64,000 bases of DNA from Octopus vulgaris (lineage: Eukaryota), in NCBI GenBank assembly GCA_951406725.2, contig OX597831.1, positions 8,370,001 through 8,434,000 of the forward strand. The letters are read 5' to 3'. Positions 53,713-64,000 of the stretch are shown here, one piece after another; the stretch's first letter is position 1; every line of letters begins with the position of its first letter. The notes under the pieces are model-generated. The model worked only from the letters and a program-made list of their open reading frames with translations, was not told where the DNA came from and made no database searches. Made by a program: the position numbers and the translations under genes.

Positions 53713-54265
53713 ATAATAAGAAATTTTGTCAACCTATACCATCGATAACATATCTCTGCCAAATTTCATTAAAAAATATGCATTTTTCAAAGAAGCGGGG
53801 CACTAAACTGCATTTGTGTCTTCAGAAGTATTGTTTGTGGTTATTATTTCACGAAACCCTCCCCCGCACGTGTGGCCTTGTGCCAGTGTTGGGAAATCGA
53901 TAATATGACAAGAATTCATATTGGTTCAATATGTATCGAATAAAACTTATTGCTATCTTTCTCTCTTTCATCAACCGAGCCAAGAAGATGAAAGGTGGTT
54001 GGAATGCGCCCCTTCCACCTGCTGGAAACGGCACAGAAAAACATTCTCCCTTATAAACACTTCGTTTTTGTCTTAAAACGGGGAGGGGGAAAAAGAAAGA
54101 AAGAAAGAAAGCAAAGACATTTCATAATGTAGTCCTGGTTAGGGTGCTCAGAAATTAGAGAGAATGACCATTGTTGGAATTATTTCGAATAGAACTAACC
54201 TGGGGCTGAAACGACCACAGCAACTCAAATTTTCCAACCGAGTTCAGCGGGGTTTGTGTGTTTGC

Positions 54266-54307
<42 letters not shown>

Positions 54308-57300
54308 TGTTCACTTTCCAGACATTTGTACATTACTGCATTTGCTTTATACACACTTTTGACAAGTTGTGGTGCACTTGAGCACTGTATACAATAATTT
54401 CATTATTATTATTATTATTATATACACACACACAGAGATAAGCACATAGGTGTAAAACAAGGAGAGAAAGAAAGTACTTGAATGCCAAAAGTTGAATAAT
54501 ATAGTATATTATTATTAAGTTTGAAACTGTTTAGCTTCAATGGCATGTATATATATATCTTGCGCCCCCACACGTGCCTGTTTTCCCGACAGCATAAATA
54601 CAAACACAACTGTCCACAATACAAAACTGAACTCTTTATCATAAGGTTATGTGTGAGTCATTATAATATGCTTTTAGGACTAATCTGCCTTTCTTTACTT
54701 CCTCTACACACAGCAATTTCAAAGAGCAAAAAAATAACAAAGGAAAAAACAAAAAAAAAAGGCTAAGAATGAAACAAAAAGAAAAGTTTCAACCAGAATT
54801 CTCCTTTTAAAGCTTAATTATATTTACTTCCAAGATTTTTTTCTCGTTATTCTTTAGAGAAAAATATGGCGAAATTATAAACAAAAATTGAAAGTATAAT
54901 GCCAAAAACAACAACAGATTCTGAAATTTCTTGGTCAATAATAGAAATTAATTAAATATCTGTCTCTCTATTTATGCATGTATCGTCTATCTATAGCTTC
55001 TTCAAGTTCCATTTAATATGTACAGGATGTTGAACTGTGTGTGAGCACATTGCAGTCTTGTCGAAACTATTGGCAAGTCTGAAACACTCTGGGTTCCTGA
55101 ACGGAATACCGAATCGAAAGATTTAACTTAAATAAAGAGATGAATAAAGAGAAAAAAAAATTTAGACCCCCAAAATTAATGCCAACAATTTTTTTTTATA
55201 TAGCACTGGGGGTGATTGATAACGAAGAAAATAAAAGGCGTTTCTTATATAATATCGAGTTTAAATGGTGTTTCTTTTCAAAAACTGATATCGTGCATAT
55301 TGGTGAAAAAAATCTGGTAGGAAGACGTGTGGATATAATAAAAGCTAATATAAAGGAATAAACATTTTAAAAATGCCAAACCAAAAATCTGTTAGTGGTA
55401 AATAAGCTAGGACACTCATCACAGACATCATCATCTCTTCAGCAGCAACATTATGTTTCTACATAGATACCAAATCAATTATTATTATTATTTTTTTTTT
55501 TGGCCATGCTAGTTCCCCCCTTTTATCCAAGAAGAATGCTGGCATCAGAGGAGAGTAAATGGCCCAGTGGTTCTGGCATGTGTAAGGGAGAGAGAGTGGG
55601 AATTAGAGTAAAAAAAAAAATTGGCAAGAAAAATGTGGCGAGCTCTGACAAGGAGGAGGAATGAGGGGAAATAAAGATCTTGTTGCTTTCAAAATATGGC
55701 AGTGGGATGGGATAGAAGAATAAAGCAGCAACGACGATGGCCAAAAAGCTGGCTGTCCGACCACTCCAGCACCGATTTAGGGCAAACATGCTTTAGACAT
55801 GCTGATAATAATAATATTTAGAGTTTATCATGTAGGATTTTATATCAGAAAAAAAATATAGGAGGTGGATTTGATAACAAAAAAAAAAAATTGGTGGATG
55901 ATTCGATAACTATGGAAATAGTAATTTCTCCCAAATGGAAAAATAGTCCTAAAGAAGGAAACCGAAAAAAGAAACAGAATTAATTCAATGTATGGCACAA
56001 GAAGAAGAATAAGTTAGTAAATTTCAATGAAAGCGAGTCGAGTAGTTTTAGTTCTATAAGGAATAACTGTAGTTCTATAATAAAGAGATTTTTTACTCGA
56101 CTTGGTCAACAAAAACTGCCCACAAAAGACTTTTTCAATAGGAAAAAAAAAAATTGTAGAATCGAAGCTTTGTTATTTCTTTTTTTTTTTTAATTTCCTT
56201 TATTTCATTGTTTCGTGAATGTCAGAATAGAGAAGAATTCTTTCTCTCTCTCTCTTGCAGACTTGTGTGGACATAAAGGCAGAGAAGGAGAAAGAGAGAG
56301 AGAGAGAGAGACAGGCCTTCTAGAAGAAGGTGGTGCTCAATTAGAAAGAAAAAGAGAGCTAATGATGAATTATAATGGAAAAAAAATGTTTTAAATTGTT
56401 CCGAAAATACTGAAGAAAAATGTTAAAGTGAAAACAGCGAGTGAGACCCGGAGACATCGGATGCATGGAAAGAGAAATTGGTAAAATCTCAAATGCTAAG
56501 CAGACACTAAGTTGATCTCTGTATCATTAAGCACCAAGGTTGGGGGTTTGATATTATTCCATTTAATCCCATTCTTTTGCTATTTTATTATTATTTATTT
56601 TTTTTTTATATATATTCTCTGACGTGGATATTTTCTTTTGTTCTGGAAAATCCTACCTACCAAGTATATAAATAAATAAATGAAAAAATGCGGGGAAAAT
56701 AAAACAAATAAATGGCAGCAAAGTAGGAAGTGATGATGATGGTCGTTTCTTGTATTTTCCAAGTGTGGAGAGGATTTTTTCATATACGAGCAAACCAGCT
56801 GCTGCCAGCTTAGGTTTAGTTCTTGACTAAATCTGTGTATATTCGTAGTTGTGGAGATATTTCATGGTCTTATAAGATACGATAGGATACGAGGATATCA
56901 ATGTAGAAGCAAAGATACATGAGAGAGAACAGAGAAGAGGCGAGCAACTTGCTGTCGTCCTCCGTTCAGTCATTGTTACGAAAACGGTGAAACCATTAAA
57001 CGAATCGGGAATATATATATATATATATGCAGTGGAGGGTTTTGTTTTCTCTCTCCCCCAGCTTTTATTATTTAGTTGGTCGATTTAAGAGATAAAAATT
57101 TCATAAATTTGAAGCAGTAGTGGTTAATTAAACACTAGAAAAGCACTCGGAGGAGATAAGAAATAAGAGCAGATGGAAGGGAAAAACGGGAATACGGTGC
57201 GATGAAAAACAGCCAGAGAAAATCTACACGAAATGAATTAAATGTGGATGTGTGTATATATGGAGATGTGTTTAGGATGAAGAGAAATATATAAGAGGGT

Positions 57301-57501
57301 TGGGGGAATTTGGTGATATTTGTGTTCCCTGGTGAGGGTGTTTGGGAATGAGAGGAAGAAAATGAGGCATTTTTTGTGGCTGTGGAGTCTCGATTATGGT
57401 GAGGAGCGCTGCTACAATCAACAACTCAGCTGAGAAGAGAGAGAAAGGATCATAAACAAACAGGAAATATATATATGTAAATCTTAATGTTTTTCGCCTA
57501 C

Positions 57502-57568
57502 CCGTGACATCGGAAGATTCTCCAGAGGGTGGCCCGTTGTCTCTGTGTGCTCCAATACACCCTCCCAT
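57502..57568 (-). CDS. UBTD2: Coding exon 1 of a ubiquitin domain-containing protein (UBTD1/2 family)
   Basis: Reads MGGCIGAHRDNGPPSGESSDVT+G, then a phase-1 donor G|GTAGGC (GT at 57501-57500). Aligns without gaps to the human UBTD2 N-terminus as recalled ([23 protein letters not shown]). MGxC is a myristoylation/palmitoylation motif. The ORF-track continuation (RRKTLRF...) is intronic. Exon 2 (KWKSD...EFWDTAPAFEG) was not found in the window. An invertebrate gene may be co-orthologous to UBTD1 and UBTD2. Confidence 0.85.
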
Positions 57569-57682
57569 TTCATCTAGGGAAAGGTGGAGGACAGTTGAGC
57601 CAAAATAATCCGCTTGTAGAGGGAACCCCCTTCAAAGTGCAGCCGATCACAACCACCGCGGCTTGGCCTGCTTCTCGTTCGA

Positions 57683-57690
57683 TGACGTCA
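57683..57690. promoter_or_regulatory. Full palindromic CRE (CREB/ATF site), UBTD side
   Basis: gaTGACGTCAca, about 115 bp upstream of the UBTD ATG. Confidence 0.6.
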
Positions 57691-57919
57691 CAATGCCGCC
57701 GTCTGTTTCGCAGTCGCAGCTCTGGACGCGCTTTGATACGTCAAAATTCATGGATCTCCTTCAAATACTCACCATGCCTGCTTTTATTATCTCACTGCTC
57801 TAGCATCGTACAGCCATCCTACATTTATTACTATTCAAACCCAGCCATTGTAAATATTTATTATACCCACGTTACATATGCATATATAGAAACGCAACTT
57901 GCAATATTGTTCATGCCTT

Positions 57920-57954
<35 letters not shown>

Positions 57955-58225
57955 CTCTCTCTTTCTCTCTCACTTTTTTTTTCTCTTATATAAATTCCAG
58001 AACATAAATTTTAATTTAAAACAAAAAACCGGATATTTTGATATATAAAAATATCTGAAATTTTTTTTAGAAAAAAAAAAAAAGTCAGCGATTTTAATGT
58101 GTTTATTTTAGTATAAATGTAGCTAAAAAGCGTGTGTGTGTGCGTGTGTATATGTGTGTGTTGCTTGGTTCAGTGTGTTGATGTTGCTGCATGTATGTGT
58201 ATGTGTCATAGATCCCTGTTATTGA

Positions 58226-58233
58226 TGACGTCA
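58226..58233. promoter_or_regulatory. Full palindromic CRE, MMS19 side
   Basis: gaTGACGTCAga, 23 bp upstream of the MMS19 ATG. The ATG itself sits in a YY1-like AAATGGCCGC. Confidence 0.6.
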
Positions 58234-58256
58234 GAATTATTGTGTTCTTGACAGAA

Positions 58257-58341
58257 ATGGCCGCTTCCAGCACGTGGAGTAACATTGTGGAGAACTATTT
58301 GGCCGGAGTCAATGATTCTGCTGCCTCACAAATTGCAATTG
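58257..58341 (+). CDS. MMS19: Coding exon 1 of MMS19 (cytosolic Fe-S assembly targeting factor)
   Basis: ATG at 58257 in context gaaATGG. Reads MAASSTWSNIVENYLAGVNDSAASQIAI+G, then a phase-1 donor G|GTTTGT. Aligns to human MMS19 LWGLVHDFVVGQQEGPADQVAAD as recalled (V, G, A, Q, A identities, Y/F, I/V, D/E and N/D conservative). Supported by the divergent UBTD neighbour, as in human. Only 28 codons are available. Confidence 0.75.
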
Positions 58342-59710
58342 GTTTGTTGTCAACACTTTACTACATCATTCTCAGATATATCTAGCTGAAAAGCCCATGT
58401 CCTGTCGCTGTAAACCCATGTATTAATTGTCATTAATTGCGATGGTCGATGACTTTGTGTCATCGGACAAACAATGTTTGTATCGTTTCCAGCCACAAGT
58501 GTCCTTCCTGTTGCATTAATTCCTCTTGTACTTATATATTCTTCGTGATCTATGTTTTAAACTTTAAATGTGTCTGAATATATGTATGGATGTCTTGCTA
58601 CCGTCACGAATAAGGAAATCTGTTACATGTTTACGCATATATACCCACATATATATATATCTGTGTGTGCATGCTAGAGATATGTCAATATGTTGGTTAT
58701 GTTTTCTTTTAATTCTTAGAATGTCTGTTTTCCTTCAACCTGGAATTTTTTTTTATTACGTATAATTAAAAGTTACTGTATTAGCTCCAGTTATTTGCCA
58801 AAATATTTCAAGAATGGCAACAGCTCTCTTCAGATATCTAAACGTTTGTCTGTTGAGACATGAACCCGTTCACCCAGTGGAGATAATTGTTATTGAAGTC
58901 TCAAAACTAATTTAAAATACCTGTACAATTGTTCTTAGCAATGATGCAATGTTCTTTTTTATTGTTTGTAGTCTAAAATCCAGTCCTGTTTGTAAAGATA
59001 TGTCTCTCTCTGTTCCGTCTGTCATTGTAAAGTTTATTTGCTATAAAACCCAATTTTATTGAAAAGTAATTAAACTCAGACAGAAGCTGACATTACTTTA
59101 GTTTTATCTTATTGGCAGACTTTATCATCATAATCATTATTATTATTTTTATCATATGTCTATATTTTTGCTCTCGTTAATTAGATTTTATTGACAAAAC
59201 AATTCTAAAAATATTGTGCAGAATTGTTATTTTTAAAAAATTTAATTATATATTTGTTCATTTTGGATATTAGCCAGCATAGGAGTTATTTATAACTTAC
59301 AAAAATTCAATTGTCATACGTTATTAAACTGTATTCTTTGTATAATCACATATTAATATATCATCTGTTAATGAAACCATAACCTTTCCTTGTTGTTAAT
59401 GACCTCCCAGTCCGTATATTTCATTCCTCCAGACCTTCCTCTATGCTGTCAATCAATATCAGCGGATTATTGATTAGCAAAAACCTGACTGACTCTGTTT
59501 ATGTTTATAGAACACATAAATATATATTTATTTAGCAATACGTTTTACAGTAATCGTTAAGCCACAGCTATGAAATTCGTTCTCAGAATAATTTAAAATA
59601 TATAAACAAAGTCATACTCCTCTCCTTGTCCAATAGTTTTTCCACTGTTGGAAAGTGGACGCCAACATTGAAACCATTCAAATTTTCAACATTCGATAGA
59701 TATTTTGGAT

Positions 59711-59746
<36 letters not shown>

Positions 59747-60052
59747 AGTAGATATCATTCATATATAAATTCTCTTAACTTTAGTACCAAAATGTTTCAA
59801 AAACTTTGAGAAATGTTCCACCTTTCAAATGCAATATTTAGTTTTAAGTGTTTATATTTACTTCCAACTTAATTAGAAACACATTTACTTTACACTTCAT
59901 ACGTCCCTCAATTCTTTGACAACTTTCAAACAAGCCTAAATTATGTTTTCGTTATGACAGAAATGCAAAAATATGGGTTAATATAGGGATGCCTATATCA
60001 TTTCCCCAAAATTGTTCGTTGTAAACTTTTTGTCGCGCGTGCGTGTGTGGGG

Positions 60053-60098
<46 letters not shown>

Positions 60099-61889
60099 TT
60101 TCTTATTTGGGGCTAATAATACTTGGGTGGTACTTTTATTTTATCGATTGCGGGCTGGGATGAAAGGCAAAGTTGATGTCGGGGGACGTAAAGAGCAGAA
60201 ACAAAATACCGCGTGTCATCATCCTTCCCTCAACGAATGCTCCGACGATTCTGCGAATCCACCCCATATATGTACGTGTGTGTATGTGGTGAGTGTAAAT
60301 AAATCTAAACTATTGCCTCCCGGGTGTTCTACAGCAGGAAATTACTTTCTCAGTTTCTAGATCTGCGATCAGGCTTCCTCCCATTTTCTTATTCTTGTTT
60401 TCTTTTTATCTGCAGTGGCTTCATAACTTTTTTTTATTCTTTGGAATTTTCTGTATGAATCCCCGAGTGGAACACACATTTACAGAAATCTTCTGAAAAT
60501 TCAAAAAATAAAGTTATGGCGTACTCAAAGCAGGATTTCGCCCGTTTATTCTAACGAACAGATAGATACATATTTCATTTAGTTATTTCAGTAAATTTAA
60601 TATTTGTTTAATTTAGACTGTGGTGACTAAAGCGTCTTCTCCTGGTTCGGAAAAATCAATGATCTGGAAAGGCTTTGGGACGAAAGGTTTTGGAAAATCG
60701 ATGTTGTACGTGTAATTATATAGACGCATCCGAACATTTTGGTAGGCTTGTCGAATAATATATATTACTTAGGAAGAAAATGACGTGTGTGTATTAACAT
60801 GAAGAGTGTGTTTGTACTAACTTAATGAACGAGGTACTATCGCATTATACTTAAGTTCCACCCCTAATTCCGAAGACCACAATTGGGTCCCAACAGTATG
60901 AGAAGGTACTCGTGCACATCTCCCTTCTAAGCAAGTTATGTAGATAATTATTATGTATGTAACTAAACGGATAAATCTACATTAAAACAAATTAAAGCAA
61001 CATGTCTGTTTTTGGTACTATTGCTACCCTCCCTCCCTCCTGCACTCTAACAGTATCTAACCAGGAAACGATCTCAGAATCGGTTTTTCTCCCCATCTGG
61101 CGACAATCATTAAACTTCTATTATGTTTATTTTAATTTTACTTTGAAATGTGTCGGTCGATGACGGCTCTCTGTAAACAAGGGCAGCTAGAGTTTGTTGT
61201 TATCAATAAACTTAACGAACAGAAACTAGAAAACTAGGATAAAAACTTGAATTCCATGAAAAGGAAAGTTAAGGAATTAAGTATCCGCCCAAGAATATTA
61301 TTCCGTCAAGTAGAAGGAAGGAATCGTTAAAAAAAAAAAACTTCTTTCAAAGACAAAACTATCAGTCATCATTTAACGTCCGTTTTCCACGCTGGCATGG
61401 GTTGGACTGTTTGGCTCGAATTGTTTTTTAAAGATAAAAATGTAATCAAAAACAAAATAATTTTATACATTTGACTGCTGTAGCTATGTCTTTCCTCTGT
61501 TTCAAGATGCAACAGCTCCCGTCTAACTTTCCAACCCATGCCAGCATGGAAAGTAGACGTTAAATGATGAAGATAACATTATTAGTGTAGTTGTCATCAT
61601 TTGAACTGTTAACATCCGAAAGTGAAAGAGTGTTTATACTTGTTTTATGTTTGCCCCTTGGTCTGTTCTTCATTCTCCCACACTGTCTTTTTCTCTCACT
61701 TTCTTCTTCTTTGTCTGACACCCAGCCTTACTTGCTCTTTGAGGTGAAAGATGAGTAGATAAGGAAAGGAAAATGTGTGGTAGACTACCTATTAGTAATA
61801 AAAAGAAGGAAAGTGACAAATATGTAAAAACAAACAAAACAACCTAAATATAAATAAGTTTCTTCTGTCTTTATATATACATGTATATA

Positions 61890-62328
61890 GGTGCAGGAGT
61901 GGCTGTGTGGTAAGTAGCTTGCCTGCCAACCACATGGTTCTGGGTTCAGTCCCACTGCGTGGCATCTTGGGCAAGTGTCTTCTGCTATAGCCTCGGGCCG
62001 ACCAATGCCTTGTGAGTGGATTTGGTAGATGGAAACTGAAAGAAGCCTGTCGTGTGCTATTAAGTTAGACATGGCCTGGGCCAATAATGGCCGAAACCTA
62101 TCAAAGTATCAAAGTATGTATATGTTTGTGTGTCTGTGTTTGTCCTTCTAGCATTGCTTGACAACCGATGCTGGTGTGTTTACATCCCCGTCACTTAGCG
62201 GTTCGGCAAAAGAGACCGATAGAATAAGTACTGGGCCTACAAATAATAAGTCCCGGGGTCGATTTGCTCGACTAAAGACGGTGCTCCAGCATGGCCGCAG
62301 TCAAATGACTGAAACAAGTAAAAGAGTA
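61890..62328 (+). mobile_element. Young full-length SINE family A
   Basis: Matches 21750-22170, with about 60 bp of foreign sequence in the microsatellite linker (about 62056-62117). Confidence 0.9.
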
Positions 62329-62892
62329 TGTATATATATAAAGTAATGTAAACAGCTTGGTGCAATATAAGATCATAGAGAAAAAAATTTTATTGTCACT
62401 AATTGTGAGTGAAGGGTGCTTCAGCACTGTGTGTGTGCGTGTGTTGGCGATATAATATTGACAGATGTTTGTAGGTCAATATGTGTATGTAGAGGGTATC
62501 TGTTGACATTTAATCTTGCATTTGGGTTTGTGGGTGGAGTCCAGTTTGTTGCTTCACACAAGCTTGTGTTTATGTGTGTGTTTGTTTATGCTGTGAAATC
62601 TCTTCGCCACCCAAACTCTTTTTTTTCCTCTTGCTTTCCCTCTTCATTGATTTTCTCCATCACCCTCCACCTCACCCCCACCATTAGTTGAATAATATAA
62701 TGCACACATTATCTCTGTCAACTTTCTACAGGAACACACACACACAACTTGTAAGTATCCTTAGAGAGACTCCCATCCTGTTGGTTACGGCTGAAATGCC
62801 TTTGACCAATAACTCCAATCAACTGATATTGCTTAGTGTGATTTGGGGCTGGCAACATGTATTAATTAAATATTGAATATTGTTATTATTAT

Positions 62893-63460
62893 TAGGGTGG
62901 TGAGCTGGCAGAATTGTTAGCACACTGGATGAAATGCTTAGCGGTATTTCGCCTGTTGCAGGTGAGTTCAAATTCCACCGAGGTCAACTTTGTCTTTCAT
63001 CCTTTCAGGGTCGATAAATTAAGTACCAGTAAAACACTGGAGTTGATGCAATTGATTATCCCCCGCTCCTCCAAATTTCAGGCCTTGTGCCTATAGTAGA
63101 GAGGATTATTATTATTATTAAGGTGGCGAGCTAACAGAATCCTTATTGTGCTGGCCAAAATGGTTGGCGGCATTTGTCTGTCTTTACATTCTGATTTCAA
63201 ATTCAGCCAAGGTCAGCTTTGCCTTTCATCCTTTCAAGGTTGATAAAATAAACTGATAGAATTGTTATCACGCCGGGCAAAATGCTTAGTGGTATTTTGT
63301 CTGTTACTTTGTTCTGAGTTCAAATTCTGCTGAGGTTGACTTTGCCTTTCATCCTTTCAGGGGGTCAATAAATTAAGTACCAGTAAAACACTGGGGTTGA
63401 TGTAATCGACTTGTCCCCTCCCCCAAAATTTCGGGCTTTGTGCCTTTAGTAGAAAGTATT
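62893..63460 (+). mobile_element. Three tandem family-C SINE copies
   Basis: Units start at about 62893, 63120 and 63255. Each has aatgcttag/aatggttgg...caaattc...gcctttcatcctttca. Confidence 0.85.
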
Positions 63461-64000
63461 TGTGTTATTTTTCATTTCGTTTCAAAGTTTCCTGTCTTCA
63501 GACCCTAAATGTAATTTTCTAATTTTTATGTATGTCATTTACTTAATTAAACTAAATTTCACAGTATTTGACCTTTTGTTTGTATGAAGTTTTAAAAACT
63601 GTTTGAAATCTCAATAAATTGAATTTCATTATTTAAACAATCATATTATGTTAGGTTAGTTTTCTTTTGTTTGTTTTAAATGGTAACAATCAAAGCTGGA
63701 ATTTGTTGTGCCATTCACATATTCTAATTAAAATTTTTTTCTAATTCTGTAATGTTGTAAATATCACAAACCCACTTTCATTGAAGCATCTACATTTGAA
63801 TCAAATCATTTTGAAGTTTATTGATCACTGTAATTATTTCTAGATAAGCTAATGCCTTTACACAGTTGCTTTAGCTGCTAGAAATAGCGGCAAATCTCCC
63901 TCAAACCACACCATAGCATCTTTAAAAAGTAGGAGGGCATGTTGAATAATGTGGTTTTGATAACGAGAAGGGATGATGATGATGATCATCATCATCATCG

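Larger units (their letters stand above)
1..57501 (-). other. Inferred intron 1 of the UBTD gene (continues left of the window)
   Basis: Donor at 57501. No conserved UBTD exon-2 peptide was recognised by eye on the minus strand in the window. Confidence 0.6.
57569..58256. promoter_or_regulatory. Bidirectional promoter and 5' UTRs between UBTD and MMS19
   Basis: About 690 bp between the divergent ATGs. CpG-rich at both ends, with (CT)n, poly-A/T and (TG)n tracts in the middle. Confidence 0.75.
58342..64000 (+). other. Inferred intron 1 of MMS19 (continues right of the window)
   Basis: Donor at 58342. No convincing exon 2 (expected DVKSG...LQVVEALG-like) was seen. Confidence 0.5.

Noticed and set aside
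56240-56300. Plus-strand acceptor ctcttgcag
   Set aside because: The pyrimidine tract is a CT microsatellite, it is antisense to UBTD, and no donor or ORF follows.
57272-57501. C-terminal part of the 98-aa ORF 57272-57568
   Set aside because: Lies past the splice donor. Low-complexity read-through with no UBTD similarity.
60361-60420. Possible MMS19 exon 2 (tttctag|, reading DLRSG like human DVKSG)
   Set aside because: Similarity stops after five residues, the sequence becomes T-rich, and no suitable donor follows.
62732-62750. Plus-strand 19-nt microexon (tacag|...|gtaagt)
   Set aside because: Mostly a CA microsatellite and frame-shifting, with no MMS19 similarity.

Overview
AT-rich, repeat-dense animal genomic DNA. 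The SINE and LINE repertoire and microsatellite load point to a cephalopod, probably Octopus (inference from remembered repeat types, not a search). Two protein-coding first exons are recognisable and face away from each other across about 690 bp. A UBTD1/2-family exon lies on the minus strand (57568-57502, MGGCIGAHRDNGPPSGESSDVT). An MMS19 exon lies on the plus strand (58257-58341, MAASSTWSNIVENYLAGVNDSAASQIAI) and is missing from the ORF track. UBTD1 and MMS19 are also head-to-head in human, so this looks like an ancient bilaterian divergent gene pair. Each start has its own TGACGTCA (CRE) upstream. No second coding exon of either gene was found, so about 1-57.5 kb is read as a very large UBTD intron 1 and 58.3-64 kb as MMS19 intron 1. 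These introns hold several tRNA-derived SINE families, 5'-truncated and rearranged RTE LINEs, decayed mariner and DD37D/maT transposons, MITEs and microsatellites. They also hold a few minus-strand exon candidates, including an in-frame 123-nt one flanked by inverted LINE tails. One tRNA-SINE carries a decayed hammerhead/Penelope-like tail. Most ORFs in the track are repeat-derived noise. Repeat boundaries are approximate (tens of bp), and family labels A-H are my own.
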